Source: Phyllobates terribilis (taxonomy: Eukaryota). Taken from it: 64,000 bases of DNA. Shown in pieces: positions 27,001-35,996 of this stretch; the stretch's first letter is position 1, and every line of letters starts with the position of its first letter. The translations under genes were made by a program, and so were the position numbers. Below the pieces are notes generated by a model. The model worked only from the letters and a program-made list of their open reading frames with translations, was not told where the DNA came from and did no database searches. The DNA is taken from the NCBI RefSeq assembly GCF_046119375.1, contig NW_027362773.1, forward strand, positions 130,758,001 through 130,822,000. Reading direction: 5' to 3'.

Positions 27001-30000
27001 CAGTGCTGCAGACAGTAAGAGACACCGGGAGCAACAGCAAAGGCACAGTGCTGGACCCGAGAAGGGGGGTAAAGCCCAGTTTGTGTTTTTTAAAGCAAAT
27101 TGCAGCCAGGGAATAGAGGTTTTACAAACTTGTAACACCTCTTTATATGTTAGGGTTATGGTTGATTCTTCCACGTTAAAGCCACGTTCACACTATCAGT
27201 ATTAGTAAGCCAAAACCAGGAGTGGGTGATAAATACAGAAGTGGTGACGTGTTTCTATTATACTTTTCCTCTGATTGTTCCTCTCCTGATTTTGGCTTAC
27301 AAATACTGATGTAAATACTGACCAAATACTGAACGTCTGAACACGGTCTAAAGAAAACAATATTTCCATGGCTCTAGCCATGCACAGATCTTGGATAGGG
27401 ATGAGTGGACCCATGGAAGTTTGGGTTCTGGTACCCTACCTGAACTTTTTCCAAAGTTCAGTTCGGGTACCAGAACTTTACCCGAGATTGAACCAGAACC
27501 CGAACCTTATTGAAAACAATGAGGACCTGAATCTCTCTATGTGACCGATGCAAAACACCAAACACTTCCGGCACAAGTCCGTGCTTGGCGTTTAGCACCG
27601 GATATTAATTGTCCAGTAAGAACCCCGAACTCTATATATCTGCTGGACGCCTCTTTGTCCCCATGCAGTTTGCATTAATGTCGGCAGCACATCCCCTGAT
27701 CATGAATATGTGCTCCTAATAAACAATAAATTTTCTGCCCCCATAAAAGAGGCAATGAGAGCTGGGTATTTTACATGATAGGACACTGATCGGGACGGAT
27801 TGTTCCTATGAATGTGCATTCGGCCCGATCATCAGCTTGTGTCTTTGGAGAACTGCAGAGACTGACATTACTTACCTCTTCTCTTCTGGTTTCACGTGCA
27901 GCTCCTTCATGTCTAAGCTTTGACTTTCATCTGTAGAAAAAACAAAGTTATATAAGTACATAATCCCACAATACACATATTGTCCCTCTCACCAGGATAA
28001 AGCCTTGTCCACATGGTGCAGTTTCTGCATTTTTCTCTTCAGCCTAAACCAAAAGTTAATCTACAGTATTTAAATAGAAGTCTTTGATTTTTCTCATACA
28101 CAAAAAAAAAGACTGATTTCCACCAGTGTTTTGGATCAGATCGGTGTTTGGTCTGTGTGTCAGTTTTTTCCATCAGTGATTTTTCATATGGAAAAAAAAA
28201 TTCTAAGCTTTTCCTACCAACCGGAATTTTACAAAAGGATAACACAGGGATCGCGTCCTTGTGCTGTCTGTGATTTTTACAAACCCATAGACTTGTATGA
28301 GTAATTTTTATCCAATTTTTCACAGACATAACGTCAGCAAATAAACATGCACATGTGAACAGACCCATATATTATAATGGGCACATGACTGGGCTCTAAG
28401 TGTGAAAAACACAGATAGAACATGTACGTGAAAAATGGAGGTTTGAATGAGGCCATTGGTCTCATTGATATGTCAGTTTTTTTGCATATGTGATAAACGG
28501 ACTGATTTTCATCATTGTTTTTGGATCAGATTTTCATCAGCGTTTTTGGATCAGATTTTCATCAGATTTTTTGGATCAGATTTTCATCAGTGTTTTTGGA
28601 TCAGATTTTCATCAGTGTTTTTGGATCAGATTTTCATCAGTGTTTTTGGATCAGATTTTCATTAGTGTATGGTCTGTTTGTTAGTTTTCACCTTCACTGT
28701 TTTATCAGTGATTTTCTCAAATGCTGAAAAAAATGTAAAGTTTCTTGTATCCATCACAATGTTAAAAAACGGTCAGATCACGGATTTCCTACAAATAGTA
28801 TCCGTGTGCCGACCCATAGACTTGTGTGGGCAATTTTGAAACACGATCTGCAAAAAAACACAGATATGTGAACAGCATCATAGATTATAATGGGTGCGAG
28901 GTCTATCCTTGAAAAATGATAAATCATCTACATCTGAATGAGGCCTGAAATCCAAAATGGCTAAAAAAATGTATAAAAATCTGCATCGAATTGTCTTTTA
29001 TTAACCTGGCCCAGCACGGATATTTTTGTCAATGTTTTTTTATCTTTATATCGAAATCTATTACAACAACAAAAAAATTTGCAATTTTCACACTGGGACC
29101 TTTGTGTTCTTTACAGAAGAGTTTTCAGAAGTCTCACTATCATTACAGACAGATAACACCTCAATATACAGCTGATAACACAGGATCCGCCAATCACAAC
29201 AGGCGATGTCACAGTTCCCGCTCCATTCACATTCACCTATGCACATGCTCATTAGATGCTTCAATACAAGATATTGCTGCTAATGTTCATTTGAAAACAC
29301 TTTTATCACTTTTTAAAACTTCTGACCTGTCTCTCAAAAGTTTCCTCAAAGCGCAGGGAGGCTATAAAAATAGTATTTTACCTGTAGACAGAGGTGATGA
29401 CTCTGGTTCACCTATAGGGTTCTCTTGGAGACGCGCGCAAGAGCACTGTAGGATTTCTATAGGAACAACGCGTAACCTGTTGTTCCGTAAGTCCAGACGA
29501 CAGAGGTGAGGCAGACGGGCCAGGCCTGCTGGTACTGCCACAAGGACATTACTGTGAAGGCAAAGATCATGGAGAGACATCATGTTGCCTATAGAATAAA
29601 AAATATATTTATTATATATATATTTTATTTGGGATCATGAAACATTAGCTTCACTCATCGGGTAATTATTTTATAAATCCATAAGATTATTTATATCAGG
29701 AAAGTGGACCCCTAACTCTTTACAATACCTAAAACACAAGCAGGCAGGTACTCACCCTCCCCAGGTCCAGCACTGGCTCCCTGCTGCTCCTAGGGTCTCG
29801 GTGTTTTGGATGCAGCAGTGACATCCCATTCACAGTGTGCATCACTGCTGTAGCCAATCACTGAGCCCAGCCTTTGTACTGAGGTAGACAGCACAAGAAC
29901 TGGGCTCAGTGATTGGCTACAGCGGTGATGCGCACTGTGAATGGGATGTCACTGCTGCATCCAAAACACTAAGACCCGAGCAACAGCAGGGAGCGGTGCT

Positions 30001-33000
30001 GGACCTGGGGAGAGGGGAGTACCTACCCTACTTATTATTTTATAACATTTGGAACCCACAAGTCTGAAAGTGTAAAATTCCTTTAAAAAGCACAAGTTAA
30101 GAGAAAATGCCTATTTCTCCTAGAAGGATCATTCACACTCAATTTGCTTGTAAAATCTGACTTCAGTGAAGACAGTTTATTGACTCACTGAGGGATCAGG
30201 TTACAGTTGCTGCCCATAAAAGTCTATGTAATGGATGGGAAGGAGAAGAGGAGAGAGAGAAGCAGACACAGACGTTCTGCTGTGAGGTCCCCTGAGAGAA
30301 AAGAGAGGCACACAATAATAGGAGATCCATCAAGAGCAGCTTGTTGATAGTTTCCATGTGGAAGCAAGTAAGACAGTGAAGATATATTATACAAAGATGA
30401 TAGACATCACATTTGCTGATCAAATAGGCAGTGTTAAATGGGTTTTCTACTTTCATTAGGATATTAGATCAGATCAGTTGGGGTCAACTCTTTGCACCCC
30501 GGCCGATTAATTCTTAGAAAGGCTCCGTACACCACCATGACAAACATTTTGTAGTGGATGTGCTGCACTCTGCCGTTCACTCCCATTTAAGAGACAAAGC
30601 AGCAACACCCAGCACTGCCACCAGCAAATGTGGCGTCTGGTGGTATATATGGGACTATTAGCAATGAGTCGGACCCCCATCAGTCTAATATTTCAGGATT
30701 ATCCTAAGAATAGGTTCCAAAAAAAAAAAAAAACCCTTTAAGAAAAAAAAAAAAGTTGAGTCTAATTAAAGGGTTTGTCCACCTTTGGGGTATTTATTTC
30801 TTGCTTAGATGCATGCAGTTAGGGATGAAAATTATTTTTGCAATTGAGTTTCACATAAAATTTTGCACCATATGCCTTTTATAGCGTTTGTGTTGCATTA
30901 CTGCAGGCTGCAGAATGAGTAAACTGAGAATCCTTCAGTCACCCCACTTCGACAGCTTGACAGGTAATTCTTTTATCTGTCTTTTTCTGAGCTCTTCTGA
31001 ACTGATTTATAATCACCTCAAAGATGAATGCTCAGGAAAATAAAAAGCCTGTAAAAGGGAAATGGTGCAAAATTTTTAATAAAACCCAATTGCAAAAATG
31101 ATATTTAGCCCCAAATAAATGCATTTAAGTAAAAAAAAAATACCCCAAAACTGGACAACCTCTTTAATATACTAATTAATGTATTCTTAGCATTGAAATT
31201 ACAAAAAAAACAAATGTGGAAAATTGAGGCTGATACTTACACAGTGTTTCAGGAATATTGGCAAGGTTATTCCCAGACAGATCTAGATGGATGCATTGGT
31301 GCAAGGTTCCAAGCTCCCCTGGCAGGACCACCAGCCGGTTCTCAGACAGGTCCATCTTCTCCAGCTTTTTAAGCTGCCCAATGCCTGCGGGGAGCTCCGC
31401 CAGTTGGTTCGACATGAGAGAGAGATCTGTCAAGAATTTCAGGTCACCAATTTCATCTGGAAGAGTTCGGAGCTGGTTGTAGCCAAGATGGAGAGTGGTA
31501 AGTGAGGAAAGGGCGCTGATACAAGGCGGCAGCTCCGAAAAGCTATTGAAGCTGAGATCCAGGTGTTGCAGCCGGGAAAGCTGACCGATATCTGGTGGTA
31601 GGGTCGTCAGCAAACCGTTCTGACGGCGTCCGTAATCATCCCGGAAATGTCCACCTGAGTGTGATATAACAGTATCGATGATACAAGGGTGCTCATCCTA
31701 TAAAACCACATATAGGTGCACACGATCATTGTAGGCTCCAATACTAAATATTTCCGCCTCTATAATTGGCACTTTAATATAAAAAAAACAAGATTTAAAA
31801 AAAAAGACTTGATATTCTTGTATAACAGCAATGAAAATGGAGTTTAGCCTGCTGAAATCTGACCGAGATAATGTGGGCATAGGAGTATGTGCACACGATG
31901 TCTTTTTCAGGCGGATTATGACTGAGAAAGCGCTAAAAGATGTAAAAAAAACAAAAAAAAAAAATAAAAAATAGGACTTTTTGTGCATATATTCTGTCCT
32001 TTTCACTTCTTTTAACCGCTGCAGGCTTCCATTTTCTTTCTTTTTTTAAATTAAATAAAAAATAACAAAAAAACTGCAGAAGATGTCAGAGATGATGCTT
32101 CAGGAATAACACTGCCAGCATTTTCCTTAAAGAGGTTGTCCACTACTTTAGCATTGATGACCTATCCTTAGGATAGCTGGCCGTCTTCTGATAGTGGCCG
32201 AGGCTTGGTACTACTTCAAATCAATTGGAGGCGGATGCGGAGTACCCTGCAGTGGCTACTATCAGAAGACGGAGCAGCTCGGAGAGTGAGTATTTCTGGT
32301 TGGTGGTCACCAACACCGATAAAAGCTGATTGATGATCCCGGGGTGGTCCCCGGCCGATAAGACCAAGGATGGGTCATCAATGATAAAGTAGTGGACACC
32401 CTCTTTAAGTGTCTTCTGCTTTTAAAATAAGTTGTGCGCGCAAAACCTAAGGCTGCAGTGTATGTTTTACTAAACTTTTTTTTTTTTTTTTTACATAAAA
32501 TGTGATCCTAATATTGAGGTCGAGTTCATTGTGCAAAGAGGAAAAGTAAAAAGACCTACACTCTTGGCTGGACAGCTCAATATGGAAACCTCTCGTCTGC
32601 CAAGAACAATGTTCCTCCAAAAGCAACGTTGCCTAAACTCAACTTCTGAGGGTTGACAATATCGGAGATCCCACCACGGCCTGTCCTCTACTCGCTTATC
32701 ATTATTCCCGACAGTATGTGTCCTTCCCAGACCTGGCCGGTATGGCTGCCCACATTCTAGACACCCGAGACATTCTGCACAAGGTCATCGTTGTCTCTGA
32801 TCTGCTCAGGACATTCACCCTTATTGTGGAAGGAGCATCTGACTTCTACCTGATTTACCCATATGGACGTTATATGGACGGAATCATTTTTTTATCCAAT
32901 GCAAATGAATTTACATCTAGATTGGATCAACATACTCACGGCTCAGATCACACGCTGTGCGGCAAATTTAAAGCACAATTTAAGGACAATGCAAGATGAC

Positions 33001-33356
33001 ATGCACTGTTGGGAACCTGGGGTCTACTAGAAGCAAAAATTTATGATGTACATGCAATGTGATGGGTAAAAGTAATAATTTTATGGGAATATTTTACCTT
33101 TCAGGATGAGAGATCTGAGACGGCTGAACCTTGGCAGATCAGCCACCACTGATGTTATCATTGCATCATTGCTGCTAAGTCGGAGAAATTCCACCTCCAC
33201 CAGGTGACTTGTCAAATTCTCTGTCACCTGCAGGAACCTCTCACATCCGTCCAGGTACACATCGAGGATGAGTCTGTTGCCTGCGATATGTGGCGTAGGA
33301 GAGGCTGGTTCCTCGGTGCTGGTTCCCTCCCCCTGGGGGTCCAGAAGATGCTCCAT
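9745..33356 (-). CDS. PIDD1: PIDD1, p53-induced death domain protein 1; 15 coding exons, 2682 nt, 893 aa
   Basis: Exons (minus): 33356-33098, 31654-31241, 29588-29382, 27930-27876, 26627-26426, 25257-25123, 24412-24236, 23338-23191, 23098-22963, 22470-22320, 18199-18076, 16108-15990, 15437-15330, 13758-13556, 9988-9745. All introns are GT-AG, phases are compatible and there is no internal stop. Domains: LRR, two ZU5 with HFSW motifs, UPA, death domain. Clear similarity to recalled human PIDD1. Confidence 0.96.
10774..11670. mobile_element. PIF/Harbinger-type MITE
   Basis: TIRs GGCTATGTTCACACGTTG / CAACGTATGAACATAGCC, with TAA on both sides. Confidence 0.75.
12316..12878. mobile_element. Solo LTR (563 bp) of an LTR retrotransposon
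   Basis: TGTCA...TGACA termini with a perfect 5-bp TSD GCGAC (12311-12315 and 12879-12883); no internal coding sequence. Confidence 0.85.
13556..13758 (-). CDS. PIDD1: PIDD1 exon 15 (death domain N-half)
   Basis: SLPPLNIGNPEMGYLTETNLLSIANQIGTDW; donor AG|GTGAG. Confidence 0.93.
14255..14420 (-). mobile_element. Penelope-like LTR remnant with degenerate hammerhead, AATAAA and splice donor
   Basis: Minus strand reads TTGAAGA-gc..gc-GAAAC-GGCC-ATT ... AATAAA ... GGTGAGTGC, embedded in a larger MITE fragment. Confidence 0.45.
15330..15437 (-). CDS. PIDD1: PIDD1 exon 14
   Basis: VSFYRGSVPEGLPEEVPKHRKGSRSDWMATLPIKLP; 108 nt, phase 0/0. Confidence 0.93.
15990..16108 (-). CDS. PIDD1: PIDD1 exon 13 (UPA)
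   Basis: ERPDCVNGRICFVFYSRMKNMKEVYVTSSADRIEKAVKGQ. Confidence 0.95.
16376..18004 (+). mobile_element. Tc1-superfamily DD38E (Intruder-type) transposon, copy 1, 1629 bp
   Basis: TIRs of ~268 bp starting CAGTACAGACCAAAAGTTTGGACACACC; inserted in a TA-rich microsatellite (left flank TA, right flank TG); 38 residues between QQD and the E of SIE. Confidence 0.95.
16790..17841 (+). pseudogene. Inactivated DD38E transposase
   Basis: MARKKQLSKEKR start. TGA stops near 16865 and 17005, a 1-nt deletion near 16897, and TAA stops near 17422 and 17827, all relative to copy 2. Confidence 0.93.
18005..18064. repeat. (TA)n microsatellite
   Basis: Near-pure TA run between the transposon end and the exon 12 donor. 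Confidence 0.95.
18076..18199 (-). CDS. PIDD1: PIDD1 exon 12
   Basis: VDSTVKRLQDRYKGPEPSDLVELVEGEQFFATFEQGLK. Confidence 0.95.
18509..18865. mobile_element. T2/Kolobok-type palindromic MITE
   Basis: TTAA TSD on both sides, AGGGGAAC.. / ..GTCTCCT termini, near-perfect internal palindrome. Confidence 0.85.
20511..21287. repeat. Inverted repeat with ~215-bp arms and ~345-bp spacer (foldback element)
   Basis: 20511-20726 is the reverse complement of 21072-21287 at high identity. Confidence 0.85.
22048..22214 (+). repeat. 60-bp tandem repeat, 2.8 identical copies
   Basis: Sequence lines starting 22081 and 22141 are identical. Confidence 0.95.
22320..22470 (-). CDS. PIDD1: PIDD1 exon 11
   Basis: YWLWYTTKSYVGELAKNVYKRLRMYQVNFVALQRKRDPEQVLLQCVPKHK; weak donor AAG|GTACTC. 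Confidence 0.95.
22963..23098 (-). CDS. PIDD1: PIDD1 exon 10 (second HFSW autocleavage motif)
   Basis: GDTLDRSHLFLLHGDPRAQTWTDITNQVALQTTHIYAHFQVDHFS(W). Confidence 0.95.
23191..23338 (-). CDS. PIDD1: PIDD1 exon 9 (ZU5-2)
   Basis: SPLLCLSQSSAANFLSPVKIQLPLPPGVT; 148 nt. Confidence 0.95.
23689..24128. mobile_element. T2/Kolobok-type MITE
   Basis: TTAA|AGGGAATCT ... AGATTCCCT|TTAA. Confidence 0.85.
24236..24412 (-). CDS. PIDD1: PIDD1 exon 8 (first HFSW autocleavage motif)
   Basis: TLASCKTTHFSWFLVVSRLVED...VEFPPGATAETRTVRMQ. Confidence 0.95.
25123..25257 (-). CDS. PIDD1: PIDD1 exon 7
   Basis: DVEISIPFAFLKPVPKREVVIRTFSDCSGSWMDL; 135 nt, phase 0/0. Confidence 0.88.
26426..26627 (-). CDS. PIDD1: PIDD1 exon 6 (ZU5-1)
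   Basis: FCVTPDGC...FPPGA...LGHHDVLLSSTLELQPHGIQFHQ; 202 nt. Confidence 0.94.
27876..27930 (-). CDS. PIDD1: PIDD1 exon 5
   Basis: 55-nt exon, TTCTACAG| ... AG|GTAAGT; its size and phase bridge exons 4 and 6. Confidence 0.85.
28517..28666 (+). repeat. 25-bp tandem repeat, 6 copies (GTTTTTGGATCAGATTTTCATCAGT)
   Basis: Counted directly; lies within a Harbinger-like MITE. Confidence 0.92.
29382..29588 (-). CDS. PIDD1: PIDD1 exon 4 (LRR)
   Basis: LHSNVLVAVPAGLARLPHLCRLDLRNNRLRVVP...RLQENPIG. Confidence 0.95.
31241..31654 (-). CDS. PIDD1: PIDD1 exon 3 (LRRs)
   Basis: 414 nt of tandem LxxLxLxxNxL repeats. Confidence 0.95.
33098..33356 (-). CDS. PIDD1: PIDD1 exon 2, coding part (exon 5' end at 33431)
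   Basis: gagATGG with an in-frame TGA two codons upstream; GNRLILDVYLDGC...VEFLRLS...RSLILKG; acceptor TTCTTCTTAACAG at 33432. Confidence 0.93.
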
Positions 33357-34366
33357 CTCTCATTGTCTAAGTGTGGCAACACCGGCATGTCACAGCTCGC
33401 CCAGCGCGGAGGAGACGTCGGCTATACCAAGCTGTTAAGAAGAAGAACGAAGCGTGATGATCGACTGAAAATGTCAAAAAATAATTGTACATATCAACAT
33501 ATCATAACATTCATTTAGGAGCAAAATAAAAACAAAGCATCACAACCAGATTTAAAGGAGATTTGAGGTAGAACATCATTATTTTAAAAAAAATGCATTT
33601 CGTTTTGGGTGTTTTATATATCTACTTCCCATTACATAGAGTATGCTTACTCTCCAAGGTTAAGAGGGTTATCCGGTTTCAGAAACCCCTTGTTTGTTTC
33701 ATAAAAACATAAATATCTTTACTCACCCTCCCCGGGTCCAGCGCTGAGTCTCCAGTGTCTGCTATTGTCTGCAGCACTGACGTCACATCGACAGCGCTGC
33801 AGTCAACCACTGAGCTTAGCGATTATATCCAAGTTGACGAGACGAGCCACTGATTGGCAGCAGAGCTATCGACGTGAACGCAGTGCTGCAGACAATTACA
33901 GACCCGGGAGCAGCAGCGGAGACTCAGCGCTGGACCCGGGGAGGGTGAGGTAAAGAACAGTTTGTTAATCATGCTGCTGCGTGGCCTAATTGTGCTACCA
34001 TGGCCTTCATCATCGGACTTGTCTTTAATAGAGCACATGGAATGTTATTGGAATTGCAATTACAAAGGCAGCTGCCAGCAGGGGATTTTGATAATTTTCC
34101 CCAGTGGATTCAGCACGGCAGAATATTCCTCAGATGACCATTAATAACCTCATTGATAGCAGCCAATGCTGTAAGTGTGGGGATGTCTGCACGTGGCGCT
34201 CATACTCCATACTGAATACATCGAGATGTTTTGAAAATTTTGCTTCCATATTTTTCATCATTTGCAGATCAATGACATGTCTGTCCATCCTGTGATTCAC
34301 ACAATTCCATGACTTTTCCTTGCAATTTCAATGCTGAGAAGTGTGTATAATATATACTTACATATA

Positions 34367-35996
34367 CAGTACAGACCAAAAGTTTGGACACACCTTCTCA
34401 TTTAAAGATTTTTCTGTATTTTCATGACTATGAAAATTTTACATTCACACTGAAGGCATCAAAACTATGAATTAACACATGTGGAATTATATACTCAACA
34501 AAAAAGTGTGAAACAACTGAAAATATGTCTTATATTCTAGGTTCTTCAAAGTAGCCACCTTTTGCTTTGATGACTGATTTGCACACTCTTGGCATTCTCT
34601 TGATGAGCTTCAAGAGGTAGTCACCGGAAATGGTCTTCCAACAATCTTGAAGGAGTTCCCAGAGATGCTTAGCACTTGTTGGCCTTTTTGCCTTCACTCT
34701 GCGGTCCAGCTCACCCCAAACCATCTCGATTGGGTTTAGGTCTGGTGACTGTGGAGGCCAGGTCATCTGGTGTAGCACCCCATCACTCTCCTTCTTGGTC
34801 AAATAGCCCTTACACAGCCTGGAGGTGTGTTTGGGGTCATTGTCCTGTTGAAAAATAAATGATGGTCCAACTAAACGCAAACCGGATGGAATAGCATGCC
34901 GCTGCAAGATGCTGTGGTAGCCATGCTGGTTCAGTATGCCTTCAATTTTGAATAAATCCCCAACAGTGTCACCAGCAAAGCACCCCCACACCATCACACC
35001 TTTTCCTCCTTGCTTCACGGTGGGAACCAGGCATGTAGAGTCCATCCGTTCACCTTTTCTGCGTCGCACAAAGACACGGTGGTTGGAACCAAAGATCTCA
35101 AATTTGGACTCATCAGACCAAAGCACAGATTTCCACTGGTCTAATGTCCATTCCTTGTGTTCTTTAGCCCAAACAAGTCTCTTCTGCTTGTAGCCTGTCC
35201 TTAGCAGTGGTTTCCTAGCAGCTGTTTTACCATGAAGGCCTGCTGCACAAAGTCTCCTCTTAACAGTTGTTGTAGAGATGTGTCTGCTGCTAGAACTCTG
35301 TGAGGCATTGACCTGGTCTCTAATCTGAGCTGCTGCTAACCTGCGATTTCTGAGGCTGGTGACTCGGATAAACTTATCCTAAGAAGCAGAGGTGACTCTT
35401 GGTCTTCCTTTCCTGGGGCGGTCCTCATGTGAGCCAGTTTCTTTGTAGCGCTTGATGGTTTTAGCAACTACACTTGGGGACACTTTCAAAGTTTGCCCAA
35501 TTTTTCGGACTGACTGACCTTCATTTCTTAAAGTAATGATGGCCACTCGTTTTTCTTTACTTAGCTGCTTTTTTCTTGCCATAATACAAATTCTAACAGT
35601 TTATTCAGTAGGACTATCAGCTGTGTATCCATCAGACTTCTGCACAACACAACTGATGGTCCCAACCCCATTTATAAGGCAAGAAATCCCACTTATTAAA
35701 CCTGACAGGGCACACCTGTGAAGTGAAAACCATTTCCGGTGACTACCTCTTGAAGCTCATCAAGAGAATGTCAAGAGTGTGCAAAGCAGTCCTCAAAGCA
35801 AAAGGTGGCTACTTTGAAGAACCTAGAATATAAGACATATCTTCAGTTGTTTCACACTTTTTTGTTAAGTATATAATTCCACATGTGTTAATTCATAGTT
35901 TTGATGCCTTCAGTGTGAATGTACAATTTTCATAGTCAAGAAAATACAGAAAAATCTTTAAATGAGAAGGTGTGTCCAAACTTTTGGTCTGTACTG
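34367..35996 (-). mobile_element. Tc1-superfamily DD38E (Intruder-type) transposon, copy 2, 1630 bp
   Basis: TA TSD on both sides, ~268-bp TIRs, same family as copy 1 in the opposite orientation. Confidence 0.96.
34530..35582 (-). pseudogene. DD38E transposase, 350 codons, single nonsense codon
   Basis: One reading frame from MARKKQ to EEPRI*, interrupted only by TAG at 35381-35379 (GAG in copy 1); WSDESK, QQDNDPKH and NPIE motifs intact. Confidence 0.92.

Noticed and set aside
28517-28666. Minus-strand CTGATGA...GAAA pattern suggesting a hammerhead; also ORFs 28447-28727
   Set aside because: A by-product of the 25-bp periodicity: no stem II or III, and the ORFs are repeat translations.
28991-29509. 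172-aa plus-strand ORF
   Set aside because: Antisense to exon 4 and intron sequence, with no recognisable domain.
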